Shown: positions 8,932 through 18,467, counted from the first letter of the stretch. The stretch is 44,238 nt of DNA from Chlamydiia bacterium (GCA_030433395.1 JAUILX010000001.1:1-44238), one strand, 5' to 3'. The notes: generated by a model from the sequence alone, not told the origin. A program made the numbers and translations.

Positions 8932-9292
8932 AACGTTCGTTAAAATATCGGGGGGAGTGGTGTTGGATGTGATCGAACATCTCCATACGTATGTCTGCTT
9001 GAAGTTTGGGAAGAGCTTTGGCCATTAAAAAGCCCATTGTTCTAGAAGCTATTTCTACGAAGATAACTAGGCATAAAGCTCCGATGATTGGGGATTTTAA
9101 TGCCTCCCACGCGGCTAATCGATCTCCCTCATAACGTGTAAATGTATCGATGACTAAACTTAAAATGTATGGCCAAATTAAAACATCCAAAGAATAGGCA
9201 AAACAGTCAATAACAAAAATAGCAATAAAGACTCACTTTTGAAACCTCATGAAATGCCAGATGTAGCCGAGGAGATCTTTGTATGAGCTCAT
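8912..9292 (-). pseudogene. ABC exporter (MsbA-like transmembrane domain) N-terminal fragment, frameshifted and cut by the IS982 remnant
   Basis: The ATG at 9292 gives MSSYKDLLGYIWHFMRFQK, then a stop. The next frame continues VFIAIFVIDCFAYSLDVLIWPYILSLVID...LQADIRMEMFDHIQHHSPRYFNERFAGSLAN. Similarity ends near 8912, where IS-derived sequence starts. Confidence 0.6.
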
Positions 9293-9437
9293 GGTAATCA
9301 TAGCCTATAAGGTAACAAATTTTATCTGCGATAGCCATAGGCAATTTTAGCTTTTATAAAATGCGATCATTACGCTGAGTGGGAGATTAAGAAATTATGG
9401 TAGTGCTATTTTTTTGATAGGGCGTTAATCATTTTTT

Positions 9438-10298
9438 TCAGCTAATAAAAGAGATCGCGGACTTGATAAAACCTTCCCAATTATCAAGCCAAAGCAAATG
9501 ACCACATTTCGGGAAAACAATTAAATCAGAACTTTTGATGTGATTAATAATAAAATCAATTTGATTTTTATCAAATAATATTTCCTCTTCTCCCCATAAA
9601 ATCAAAGTTTTGCATTTTATTTTTTCAAGAGTATTTCGAAAATCGAACTTTTTGAGAAAATTTCCCCAACCATAATTAAGAACGGCAATGTTACTCGCAA
9701 TCGGGGGCATTGGTTTGTTTGGATTGAATGTTGTAGAATACAAAGGACCCATTACTCGGTAAAAGTTAGCTAAATCTTGTTCATTCTGAAATGATCCAGT
9801 CCAAATCTTTTCTGCCATTTTCTGTTGCTCAATAGAGCCTTTCAAAATTACATTGGCTTTTGCTTCTTTTTCAAACTCACTGCTTGCAGCTCCACCAATC
9901 AAAAGCAGTTTTTTCATACTATCGGGATATTTTATACAATAACCTAGAGCTGCAATCGATCCGTACGACTGCCCGAATACAATCAACTTATCAGGAGAAA
10001 TCTGTAGTTGAATACGCAATGCCTCTACGTCATCAATATAGTGCTCTAAAGAGCAATATTTCACTTCACTTTTCTGGCTGCTGCCGCACCCTCTTGGGTC
10101 GAATAGCACAACATTGATAAACGCAGATAACGTTTCTGCGATAGCATCATAAAGACTGTGGTCATTGCCAGGTCCTCCTGGTAATAACACCATAGTATCT
10201 CTGCTGCTAAGTTTAGGCTTAGAATATGCCTTGATGTAGAGCGTTGTTTGAGGAACCCCTTTTCTTAAAGGCAAATTAATTTTCAATTCTTGTAGCAT
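9438..10298 (-). CDS. Alpha/beta-fold hydrolase, proline iminopeptidase-like
   Basis: Start at MLQELK (ATG at 10298). Has LLPGGPGNDHS, the nucleophile elbow GQSYGS, and a C-terminal CGH. Confidence 0.7.
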   Translation of the reverse strand: MLQELKINLPLRKGVPQTTLYIKAYSKPKLSSRDTMVLLPGGPGNDHSLYDAIAETLSAFINVVLFDPRGCGSSQKSEVKYCSLEHYIDDVEALRIQLQISPDKLIVFGQSYGSIAALGYCIKYPDSMKKLLLIGGAASSEFEKEAKANVILKGSIEQQKMAEKIWTGSFQNEQDLANFYRVMGPLYSTTFNPNKPMPPIASNIAVLNYGWGNFLKKFDFRNTLEKIKCKTLILWGEEEILFDKNQIDFIINHIKSSDLIVFPKCGHLLWLDNWEGFIKSAISFIS

Positions 10299-10403
10299 AA
10301 AAAACCACCTATCCAAATAATTTTGTTATATGTAACAATGTCGAGTTATTCAAGAAAAAGCGTTACGATGCCCATAGTTAATGTAGAAAATGATTTGCTA
10401 TCG

Positions 10404-10432
10404 TTGACACCTCGCTAAATAAAGAGTAAAAT
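10404..10432 (+). promoter_or_regulatory. Near-consensus sigma70-like promoter of the suf operon
   Basis: TTGACA (10404-10409), a 17-nt spacer, then TAAAAT (10427-10432). Only 9 nt (GGGGGGACT) separate the -10 element from the sufB ATG. Confidence 0.55.
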
Positions 10433-10441
10433 GGGGGGACT

Positions 10442-11860
10442 ATGACAGCTACCGATTATAAATATGGCTTTACAACGCCCATTGAGTCTGAAGTTTTTGA
10501 AAAAGGTCTCAATGAAGAGATTGTGCGCGCTATTTCAAAAATTAAAGATGAGCCGCCGTTCGTGCTTGAATTTCGCCTTAAGGCGTTTCGTGCTTGGGAG
10601 AAGATGAAAGAGCCTAAATGGCCCAACGTTAACTATCCACAGATTGATTTTCAGGATATGGCCTATTTTGCTCAGCCTAAAAAAAAGCAGAAGCTTGCTA
10701 GCCTCGATGAGGTCGATCCCGAACTTTTGCGCACGCTTGATAAGCTGGGGATCCCTGTTGAAGAGCAAAAGCAACTGACGGGTGTGGCAGTCGATGTGGT
10801 TTTTGACTCGGTCTCTTTAGGAACAACTTTTAGAGAAACTTTGGAAGCGGCAGGTGTCGTGCTTTGCTCAATTTCAGAGGCTGTGCAAAAATACCCTAAG
10901 CTTTTAGAAAAACATCTGGGGACGGTTGTTCCCTATAAAGATAATTTTTATGCAGCGCTTAATTCAGCGGTTTTTTCGGATGGCTCTTTTGTTTACGTTC
11001 CGGAAGGTGTGCGCTGTCCACTGGAGCTATCTACATATTTTAGGATCAATGAGCGCGAGACGGGTCAATTTGAGCGCACGCTGATTATTGCTGAAAAAGG
11101 CTCGTATGTCAGCTATTTGGAAGGGTGCACTGCTCCGGCATTTGACACTAATCAATTGCATGCTGCAGTTGTCGAACTGATTGCAGAAGAGCGCGCAGAG
11201 ATTAAATACTCAACGGTGCAGAATTGGTACTCGGGTGATCCAAAGACTGGAAAAGGCGGCATCTATAATTTTGTGACAAAAAGAGGTCTTTGCAAAGGCT
11301 ATGCGTCGAAAATTTGCTGGACTCAAGTGGAAGCGGGCGCTGCCATTACATGGAAATACCCCTCATGTGTTTTGAAAGGGGATGAATCGATTGGTGAGTT
11401 TTACTCTGTGGCCCTGACTAACGGAAAAATGCAAGCGGATACGGGAACAAAGATGTTGCACATTGGTAAAAATACGCGCTCGACAATCATTTCCAAAGGC
11501 ATATCAGCCGATGAGTCGCATAACACGTATCGCGGACTTGTTCATGTGGGTAAAAATGCTAAGGGCGCTCGTAATTACACGCAGTGCGACTCGATGCTTG
11601 TGAAAAACAAGTGCTCGGCAAACACTTTTCCGTATATCGAAGTACAACACCCAACAGCTGAAGTTGAGCATGAAGCGTCGACATCAAAGATGAATGAGGA
11701 TCAACTTTTTTATCTTCAGTCGCGAGGTCTTTCAAGAGAAGATGCAATCAACCTGGTTGTGAATGGGTTTTGCAAGGATGTGATTAAAGAATTACCGCTT
11801 GAGTTTGCTGCAGAGGCACAAAAATTATTAACGTTAAAACTAGAAGGCTCGGTTGGATAA
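10442..11860 (+). CDS. sufB: Fe-S cluster assembly scaffold SufB
   Basis: 472 aa. It is the first of four overlapping suf genes, with typical SufB blocks such as [20 protein letters not shown] and [13 protein letters not shown]. Confidence 0.9.
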   Translation: MTATDYKYGFTTPIESEVFEKGLNEEIVRAISKIKDEPPFVLEFRLKAFRAWEKMKEPKWPNVNYPQIDFQDMAYFAQPKKKQKLASLDEVDPELLRTLDKLGIPVEEQKQLTGVAVDVVFDSVSLGTTFRETLEAAGVVLCSISEAVQKYPKLLEKHLGTVVPYKDNFYAALNSAVFSDGSFVYVPEGVRCPLELSTYFRINERETGQFERTLIIAEKGSYVSYLEGCTAPAFDTNQLHAAVVELIAEERAEIKYSTVQNWYSGDPKTGKGGIYNFVTKRGLCKGYASKICWTQVEAGAAITWKYPSCVLKGDESIGEFYSVALTNGKMQADTGTKMLHIGKNTRSTIISKGISADESHNTYRGLVHVGKNAKGARNYTQCDSMLVKNKCSANTFPYIEVQHPTAEVEHEASTSKMNEDQLFYLQSRGLSREDAINLVVNGFCKDVIKELPLEFAAEAQKLLTLKLEGSVG

Positions 11861-12561
11861 TGCTAGAAATCGAAAATCTAAAAGCTGAAATTGAAGGCCA
11901 GGTTATTTTAAATGGCTTAAATCTAAAAGTTGCGCCTGGTGAAATTCACGCTCTGATGGGACCAAATGGAGCTGGGAAATCAACGCTTGCAAAGGTGTGC
12001 ACAGGCCACCCTGCTTATGAGGTCGCTGAAGGTGATGTTTTGTTTGAAGGGAAGAGCATTTTGGAGCTGGACCCAGAGGATCGAGCAAAGCTTGGTCTTT
12101 TTATGAGTTTTCAATACCCTCTCGAGATCGCAGGCATCACAAATCGACAATTTTTAACGCATGCGATGAAAGCACGCGGTGTGCTTAAAAATCTTGATGA
12201 GTGCGCCGAAAGAATGCAGATCAAGCCAGAGTTTTTAGAGCGCGATTTAAACAGTGGCTTTTCAGGTGGTGAGAAAAAGCGTAATGAAATTTTACAACTT
12301 GTGGCACTTGATCCCAAACTTGCGATCTTGGATGAAACCGACTCGGGCCTAGATATCGATGCGATGCGTATTGTAGCAGATGGTGTGAATCACTGGTTTG
12401 CACAAGATAAAGGTTTAGTTTTAATCACACATTACCAGCGCTTGCTCGATTATATTAAGCCACACTTTGTCCATATTGTAATGGAAGGGCGTATTGTGCG
12501 CTCTGGCGGGCCAGAGCTTGCTCATGAGCTTGAAAAAACAGGGTATGCATGCTCGAATTAA
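11860..12561 (+). CDS. sufC: Fe-S cluster assembly ATPase SufC
   Basis: 233 aa: Walker A GPNGAGKST, ABC signature FSGGEKKR, Walker B ILDETDSGLD. Confidence 0.9.
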   Translation: MLEIENLKAEIEGQVILNGLNLKVAPGEIHALMGPNGAGKSTLAKVCTGHPAYEVAEGDVLFEGKSILELDPEDRAKLGLFMSFQYPLEIAGITNRQFLTHAMKARGVLKNLDECAERMQIKPEFLERDLNSGFSGGEKKRNEILQLVALDPKLAILDETDSGLDIDAMRIVADGVNHWFAQDKGLVLITHYQRLLDYIKPHFVHIVMEGRIVRSGGPELAHELEKTGYACSN

Positions 12562-13643
12562 TTGATGAGATTAAAGCAGATGATGCTCTTTCAGCTTATC
12601 GGCAGAGTGCTGGCGAAAAGCTGCGTGCGTTGGGACTGCCCAGCGGCTTTAAGGAACCATTCAAATATATGCCTTTAGAGCGGTTCTACAAGGAGTCATT
12701 TAAGTTTGCATATGCCAAAAATAGTATCGATGTTAGTGAAGACATTGTTGTTTTGCCTTTAAGCGATGCTCTTAAGTCGTACCGCAGCATTTTAGATCCA
12801 AGGCTCCTAAGCTCTGAATCGGATCCTTTTGCACTTCTATCAAGAGCTCTGATGGGAGAGGGGCTGTTTATTTATGTGCCCCCACAAATCCAGATTGAAA
12901 AACCTATTGAAATTGTACAAAAATGCCTCAGGGGAAGCATAAGCGCTCCTTATGTCTTTATTGCGATGGGGCGAGGCGCAGTTGCTTCGTTTAAATTTAG
13001 TACGGAAGGCAATGGGTGCCATCTGCCTCAGATCGATTGTTTAGTCGAGGATGACGCCAGGCTAAATCTGTTGCATTATCGGGGCAGTGACTGGGAGTTT
13101 GAAGCCCTGCGCGCTACATTAAAGAAAAATAGCCAACTTTATTCCTATCATTTAGCGCGAGGTAGCAAAAGCCTGCGCAGCGATTTAAGAGTTAATCTAG
13201 CAGGTGAAGGGGCGTTAGCCACATTGAAAGGACTATCTGATTTAAAAGGGGATCATCAAGCGCATCAAAATATTTTGATTGAGCACGCTCAAGAAAATAC
13301 CCATTCTAACCAACACTTTAAAACGGTTCTTTGTGATGAGGCAAGATCAAGCTTTGAGGGCAAGATTTATGTGCATTCAAAGGCTCAACAAACGCGTGCA
13401 TATCAACTGAATAATAATTTGCTTCTTGGTGAAAAAGTTGTTGCCAATAGTAAGCCCAATCTCGAAATTTTTGCCGACGATGTAAAAGCGTCTCACGGCT
13501 GTACTATGACACAGCTTAATGAAGATGAGCTTTTTTATATCAAGAGTCGAGGCATTGATGAAAATAGCGCTAAAGCGATGCTAAAGACGGGTTTTTGCCG
13601 TGAAATTTATGATGAGGCGTGTGATGTCTTCGGTTCTATCTGA
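12549..13643 (+). CDS. sufD: Fe-S cluster assembly protein SufD
   Basis: 364 aa. It sits between sufC and sufS and has a C-terminal SufB/D block (ASHGCTMTQLNEDELFYIKSRGI). Confidence 0.85.
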   Translation: MLELIDEIKADDALSAYRQSAGEKLRALGLPSGFKEPFKYMPLERFYKESFKFAYAKNSIDVSEDIVVLPLSDALKSYRSILDPRLLSSESDPFALLSRALMGEGLFIYVPPQIQIEKPIEIVQKCLRGSISAPYVFIAMGRGAVASFKFSTEGNGCHLPQIDCLVEDDARLNLLHYRGSDWEFEALRATLKKNSQLYSYHLARGSKSLRSDLRVNLAGEGALATLKGLSDLKGDHQAHQNILIEHAQENTHSNQHFKTVLCDEARSSFEGKIYVHSKAQQTRAYQLNNNLLLGEKVVANSKPNLEIFADDVKASHGCTMTQLNEDELFYIKSRGIDENSAKAMLKTGFCREIYDEACDVFGSI

Positions 13644-14796
13644 GTTAGATTTTCCTCAACTTGCAAATAGCGATTTGGTTTACCTTGATTCTGCAGCAAC
13701 GGCGATGACGCATCAATCTGTGATTGATGCTATGGATGCCTATTATACAAAAGAAAGGGGTACAGTTAACCGGGCAGTGTATCAACTTGCCCAACATGCG
13801 ACTCGAGCTTATCAAGGCGCAAGAGAGAGTGCAAAACAGTTTCTAAATGCAAATAGCTGTGATGAAATTGTTTTTACGAAAGGCACTACTGATGCGATCA
13901 ATCTTGTAGCTCATTCTCTGACGTTTAAACCAGGTGATGAAATTCTTATTTCTCAAATGGAGCATCACTCTAACATTGTGCCATGGCAAGCAGTGGCTAA
14001 AAGATTGGGTGCTGTGCTCAAGGTAATTCCTGTTACCCAAGATGGAGAGTTGAACATTGAGGCCTATGCACAGCTATTATCGCCTAAGACAAAGATTGTT
14101 AGCGTTGCACATATGACCAACGTCACAGCTACGATTTACCCAGTAAAAAAAATCATCAAGATGGCCCATGACAGAGGGGCTCTTGTCTTTTTAGATGGCG
14201 CGCAAGCGGCTCCCCATCTCACAATTGATGTGCAGATGCTTGATGTGGATTTTTATGCTTTTTCAGGTCATAAGGTTTATGGGCCTACCGGCATTGGTGT
14301 GCTTTATGGTAAATACGAGCATTTGGATGCCCTTGAGCCCTATCAACTTGGCTCGGACATGATTGATGAGGTTACATTTGAAAGATCGATTTATCAAAAG
14401 CCTCCTTTGAAGTTTGAAGCAGGTACACCTAATATTGCAGCGGTGATTGGTCTAGGAGCTGCCTTAAGGTTTTTGATGCGCTCTCCTAAAGATGATCATC
14501 TACTTAATTATGCACTTGCTAAGTTGCGCGAAATTCCTAAGATGAGAATTTTAGGAAATCCCGCTAATCGAGGACCTCTGATCTCATTTGTGGTTAAGGG
14601 GTGCCACTGCCTTGATGTTGCAACGCTACTTGATTTAAAGGGTATTTGCGTGCGTTCTGGGCACTTGTGTTCACAACCCACGATGAAGTTGTTTGGGTTG
14701 CACGAGGCGCTTCGTGTTTCTTTAGGTATTTATACAACTCAATCAGAAATTGACTATTTTATATCAGAGCTAAAAAATACTCAGACCTCATTGTAG
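13624..14796 (+). CDS. sufS: Cysteine desulfurase SufS (class V aminotransferase)
   Basis: ATG at 13624. Has LDSAATA, the PLP lysine motif FSGHKVYGPTGIG, and the catalytic loop RSGHLCSQP. Confidence 0.9.
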   Translation: MSSVLSELDFPQLANSDLVYLDSAATAMTHQSVIDAMDAYYTKERGTVNRAVYQLAQHATRAYQGARESAKQFLNANSCDEIVFTKGTTDAINLVAHSLTFKPGDEILISQMEHHSNIVPWQAVAKRLGAVLKVIPVTQDGELNIEAYAQLLSPKTKIVSVAHMTNVTATIYPVKKIIKMAHDRGALVFLDGAQAAPHLTIDVQMLDVDFYAFSGHKVYGPTGIGVLYGKYEHLDALEPYQLGSDMIDEVTFERSIYQKPPLKFEAGTPNIAAVIGLGAALRFLMRSPKDDHLLNYALAKLREIPKMRILGNPANRGPLISFVVKGCHCLDVATLLDLKGICVRSGHLCSQPTMKLFGLHEALRVSLGIYTTQSEIDYFISELKNTQTSL

Positions 14797-14811
14797 AGGT
14801 CTGTGTTTTTT
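14782..14811. terminator. Bidirectional rho-independent terminator between sufS and the ankyrin gene
   Basis: Stem CAGACCTC (14782-14789) pairs with GAGGTCTG (14796-14803) around a 6-nt loop. A T-run follows on the plus strand (14806-14811), and ATTTTTTA follows on the minus strand. Confidence 0.7.
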
Positions 14812-15658
14812 AGTCTTTGCCGCCATGACGTGAGATGTATTTTGCTACATCTGGATGGTTTTGCAAGGTCGCTAGTTGAAGTGGGCTGACGTCATAGTTG
14901 TCACGAGCATTAACGTTAGCGCCTTTTTTTATGAGAAGCTTGGTGATATCAAGTAGACCATTTTCTGCGGCATACATCAGTGGCGTTTGTCCTTGTTGGT
15001 CTACAACGTCAACTTCGCTGCCAGCTTTTACTAGCTGAGATACAATTTCATTGTGGTCGTTAACAACAGCATAGCCAAGAGCTGTCAAACCATTTTGATC
15101 TTTTTTGGTGTGGTCGGTATTGTTCTCTAGCAGATATTCTACAGCATCTTTATTGCCAAGGCTTGCTGCAACCATTAGAGGTGTTATGCCTTGCTGATTT
15201 GATAGGTTGACATCTGCACCGGCTTCAAGGAGTCTTGTTAAAAGGAGATCGTTGACTGAGCCTTTTACATCAATGTAGGTTACAGAGCCGTTACGTAAAA
15301 TTTTAGGAATACTTTTATTGCCATTTTGTATAACGGCCATCAAAGGTGTAATGCCTCCTTTGGAAGCTTTATTGACGTCAATATTTTGGCTTACCAGGAG
15401 TTTGATTGCGGGGATGTTATTTTCTTCTATAGCCGAAATAAGAAATGTTTTTCCGTGTTTGTCGTAACTATTTATATCCTCTGTTTCATTTAAAAACTGC
15501 TGGTATTTCTTTACGAAATTGGCTTCGGCATTTGATGTAGCCATTTTAGTGGATAATTCGTTGGTGTAGCTGACGACGGCTTGAGTATTTTGATTGGAAT
15601 TGTTTTGGCATCCTAAAAGACATAGAGCTGCTATTCCAATTACTGTTTGATGTTTCAT
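14810..15658 (-). CDS. Ankyrin-repeat lipoprotein
   Basis: 282 aa. The N-terminus MKHQTVIGIAALCLLGCQNN has a lipobox (LLGC). About five or six ANK repeats follow (G.TPLM.A...G......LL..GA.VN). A strong SD (TAGGAGG) precedes the start. Confidence 0.85.
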   Translation of the reverse strand: MKHQTVIGIAALCLLGCQNNSNQNTQAVVSYTNELSTKMATSNAEANFVKKYQQFLNETEDINSYDKHGKTFLISAIEENNIPAIKLLVSQNIDVNKASKGGITPLMAVIQNGNKSIPKILRNGSVTYIDVKGSVNDLLLTRLLEAGADVNLSNQQGITPLMVAASLGNKDAVEYLLENNTDHTKKDQNGLTALGYAVVNDHNEIVSQLVKAGSEVDVVDQQGQTPLMYAAENGLLDITKLLIKKGANVNARDNYDVSPLQLATLQNHPDVAKYISRHGGKD

Positions 15659-15707
15659 GATAACCTCCTAGGTTTTTTCGAGATTAACAGAAATGGGAAT
15701 ACATGAG

Positions 15708-15738
15708 CAAAAAAAAAGAGCCTCCGGTAGGAGGCTCT
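15708..15738 (-). terminator. Rho-independent terminator after OMP paralog 1
   Basis: Stem AGAGCCTCC (15717-15725) pairs with GGAGGCTCT (15730-15738) around a GGTA loop. On the minus strand a 10-nt T-run follows (the A-run at 15708-15717, whose last base is shared with the stem). Confidence 0.8.
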
Positions 15739-15767
15739 TCTAGATTCAAGCTTTCTTGGCCTAGTGC

Positions 15768-16949
15768 CTAGAAGTCGAAGCGGAATTTTAGAGTCAACCC
15801 TTGGAAGGTTAAATCTCCATTGTCGCGCTGCGGCTGATTTAGAACGATATAGCGGTTCATGCCCCACCAAACTTGTTCTTCCCAACCAGCATCGATACCA
15901 AAATGATAGTCGTCGTTGCTAAACCACATTTCCCAGCGCAATCCTAGAGCTAGTTCCAGAACAGGTAAGACCGTGTTAAAATCATTTTCTGTGTCAACGT
16001 TTCTTGTTGTTATGCCGGTGTTGTTATCGAAGGTATCATCTCTACGTTCGATGTCAAGCCCGCTCCAAAGAGCTGATAGAGCAAAATTTCCATAGATGCT
16101 CCAGCTTTTTGTGAAGTGCCAAGCTGTATCCATACCTGTGCGAATTCCAATGCCCCAGTAGTCAAAGTCCTGCTTTATTGTTCTACGAGTGAGCAGGTTG
16201 CCAGCTGCTGTATTTCTTTCGCTGATAACTCTGTAGTCTTGACTCTGCCAAGAACCTTTGAGGCCATAATGAGGTCTTAGTGTGAGGTATTGGCTAACAA
16301 AGAAATTACGACCAAGCTCTAAATCAATAACGTTGAAATCAGAGTCCCACGATCCTCGAAGTACATTTGCCTGCGCTCCGCCATTCTGTAAATTTGTCAT
16401 GGTGTTATCATCGCGTACTGTTTTGTTTACATCAGTTGTAAGCCATGTGTACTCAGTAAAGATGTCCCAGCCATCGTGGCCAAGGTTTAGGCCTAGACCC
16501 ACTTTAAAGCCTGGTTCTAGGCTAAAGCTTGGTTCAAACACTTCACCTTGTGATGTTACAGTACCTGTTGATCCTGTCATTGCAAATTCTAAGCCTTCTT
16601 GACGGTAGGTCCAAAGGATGAAGTCGGCAGTAACGAACACATCTGCACCCATACATACACGAGGACCGGCATTTGGAGTGATTATTTTACATCCGGTAGC
16701 TCTGCAGTCGTCTATGATGATGCCCGCAGGAGGTGTATCGCAACGTGGCTGACATTTTGGCTCTGGTGGTTTAACGCAAGGAGGCGCAGGGCGCTCAACG
16801 CATTTTGGCTCTTCGGGACATTGTCTTACTGGTGGCGTTGGCGTTGGTTTGCAGGAATCCTCACCGCAGCTTCCTGCGCTAAGTGCAGTTGTCAATAGCC
16901 CACAGGTCATCGCAGCAACCGTCCAAAGTTTTTTGGTGTTGTTTTTCAT
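15768..16949 (-). CDS. Cysteine-rich beta-barrel outer-membrane protein, MOMP-like/OmpA-family porin paralog 1
   Basis: Start at MKNNTKKLWTVAAMTCGLLTTALSAGSC (ATG at 16949, GGGAGAG upstream). Has a signal peptide, a Cys/Pro-rich linker, and the blocks AGPRV, EPGFKVGLG, HDGWD, LELGRNFF, ALSALW and GWEEQVWWG. The C-terminal FRFDF is typical of OMP beta-signals. Confidence 0.75.
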   Translation of the reverse strand: MKNNTKKLWTVAAMTCGLLTTALSAGSCGEDSCKPTPTPPVRQCPEEPKCVERPAPPCVKPPEPKCQPRCDTPPAGIIIDDCRATGCKIITPNAGPRVCMGADVFVTADFILWTYRQEGLEFAMTGSTGTVTSQGEVFEPSFSLEPGFKVGLGLNLGHDGWDIFTEYTWLTTDVNKTVRDDNTMTNLQNGGAQANVLRGSWDSDFNVIDLELGRNFFVSQYLTLRPHYGLKGSWQSQDYRVISERNTAAGNLLTRRTIKQDFDYWGIGIRTGMDTAWHFTKSWSIYGNFALSALWSGLDIERRDDTFDNNTGITTRNVDTENDFNTVLPVLELALGLRWEMWFSNDDYHFGIDAGWEEQVWWGMNRYIVLNQPQRDNGDLTFQGLTLKFRFDF

Positions 16950-17038
16950 ATTTTTGCTCTCCCTATTCCTTATATTGGTAGGTCTGTTTCTTAAAATGCC
17001 AATCATCGATTGCCACTTCCTTTTTAACGTTAGGATCA

Positions 17039-17067
17039 CATTAACGGTTTAACAGATTATTTCACAA
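17039..17067 (-). promoter_or_regulatory. Putative promoter of OMP paralog 1
   Basis: Minus strand reads TTGTGA (17062-17067), a 17-nt spacer, then TTAATG (17039-17044). It shares the 11-mer CGTTAATGTGA with the paralog 3 promoter. Confidence 0.45.
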
Positions 17068-17088
17068 CAGGGAAGTGAAATTTTTATG

Positions 17089-17120
17089 CAAAAAAAAACC
17101 TGAGTGACAATGCACTCAGG
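17089..17120 (-). terminator. Rho-independent terminator after OMP paralog 2
   Basis: Stem CCTGAGTG (17099-17106) pairs with CACTCAGG (17113-17120). On the minus strand a T-run follows (A-run at 17089-17098). Confidence 0.75.
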
Positions 17121-17153
17121 CTGAACACAAATTTTGCAGTCTCGTTATTTCGA

Positions 17154-18284
17154 CTAGAAGTCGAAGCGGAAGTGCAAAGTCAGACCCATGAAAGATAAAT
17201 CTCCATGGTTGCTTTCTTCAGTAATCGTGAAGAATTGATTCTGATTTGCCCAGTACTGCATTTCCCAACCAAGTTTTGCACCTAAGTGAAACTGGTCATC
17301 GCTGAACCAATAGTCTCCTTCAAGACCCATTGCAATTTCAAACACTGGCTTCGTTGTACTGAAGCAGTTATTTGTGTTTGAAGTTGTTGTTTCAGTCACC
17401 ACGTTGTTAACGTTGTTGGTTCGTGCATCTCTACGTGTGACATCAAAATCTCCCCAAAGAGCAGATAGTGCGAAGTCACCAAATACACCAAAGTACTTGT
17501 TGAACCACCATACGGTATCCAAACCTGTACGGAAACCAACACCCCAGAAGTCCTGATTCATTGCAACGACATTACCAAGTGTGCCGTCTACTGCATCAAC
17601 TGTTCTGATTGTGAAGTCGCTGCTTGTCCAAGCGGCTTTTAGACCGAAAAAAGGACGCAGTGTTAGATAACGGCTGATGAAGAAGTTGCGACCAAGTTCA
17701 GCGTCAACGACGTTGAGATCGAAATTCCAATCAGCTCGAGCACTAGAAACGGCTCCATATGGGTTGTTAACGGGGTCAGCCCAAAGGCGTACCATTGTGT
17801 TTGTGTTGTTTGTTGTGCGGTCACTAGCGGATGGGCGCAAGTAAGTGTACTCGGCAAATACATCCCAACCGTCATGCGGTAGATTGTATCCAAGGCCTAC
17901 TTTAAAGCCAGGTTCCCAACCAAAATCTGGGTGGCTAACGTCTCCTTGTAAAGTATTTACAAGGTTAATGTTAGTTGCAGCGTAACCAAGACCATCCATG
18001 CGAGTTGCCCAATAAATAAAGTCAGCCGTAATGAAGACATCAGTTCCACATGCGACACGAGGGCCTGCATCAGGTGTGATCTCACGGTATTTGCATTCTT
18101 CAAATACTTTCATTCGGGTAACTTCTTCATTGCAAGGCTCTGCACAAACTGGTTCTGGTTTTCTGGGTGGACAGCATGCGTCATTCCCCGATCCGCCGTA
18201 GTGCGATGCAGCCAGCAGCAGACTGGAGGAGACACAGCTGACGACCCCTACCAGTGGCAGCAGTTTTTTCAGATGTGTTTTCAT
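17154..18284 (-). CDS. Cysteine-rich beta-barrel outer-membrane protein, paralog 2
   Basis: 376 aa with the same architecture and blocks as paralog 1 (DAGPRV, EPGFKVGLG, HDGWD, ELGRNFF, ALSALW). Ends in FRFDF. Confidence 0.75.
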   Translation of the reverse strand: MKTHLKKLLPLVGVVSCVSSSLLLAASHYGGSGNDACCPPRKPEPVCAEPCNEEVTRMKVFEECKYREITPDAGPRVACGTDVFITADFIYWATRMDGLGYAATNINLVNTLQGDVSHPDFGWEPGFKVGLGYNLPHDGWDVFAEYTYLRPSASDRTTNNTNTMVRLWADPVNNPYGAVSSARADWNFDLNVVDAELGRNFFISRYLTLRPFFGLKAAWTSSDFTIRTVDAVDGTLGNVVAMNQDFWGVGFRTGLDTVWWFNKYFGVFGDFALSALWGDFDVTRRDARTNNVNNVVTETTTSNTNNCFSTTKPVFEIAMGLEGDYWFSDDQFHLGAKLGWEMQYWANQNQFFTITEESNHGDLSFMGLTLHFRFDF

Positions 18285-18334
18285 GTTTTCTCCTTATTAT
18301 GAACAAAACGGCTTTGCGTTTTGAAGTCATGTTA

Positions 18335-18364
18335 TTGATACAAAACTTTGCTAGTCTTTGTCAA
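18335..18364 (-). promoter_or_regulatory. Putative promoter of OMP paralog 2
   Basis: Minus strand reads TTGACA (18359-18364), an 18-nt spacer, then TATCAA (18335-18340). Confidence 0.5.
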
Positions 18365-18426
18365 CACTATTTATCAAATAAATGAAAAAACCTTCTTAGG
18401 CTAGCTTCTCAAAGATGTTTCTTATA

Positions 18427-18467
18427 AACAAAAAGAAGCCCGCACTTAAGTTGTAAGTACGGGCTTC
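18427..18467 (-). terminator. Rho-independent terminator after OMP paralog 3
   Basis: GAAGCCCG (18435-18442) pairs with CGGGCTTC (18460-18467), with an inner ACTTA/TAAGT extension. On the minus strand a T-rich run follows. Confidence 0.7.

Noticed and set aside
16282-16898. Antisense ORFs of 99-130 aa inside the OMP genes, the T3SS genes (for example 20925-21317, 21402-21668) and many other genes in the track.
   Set aside because: They lie fully within well-supported genes on the opposite strand, have low-complexity or biased composition, and have no start-site signals.
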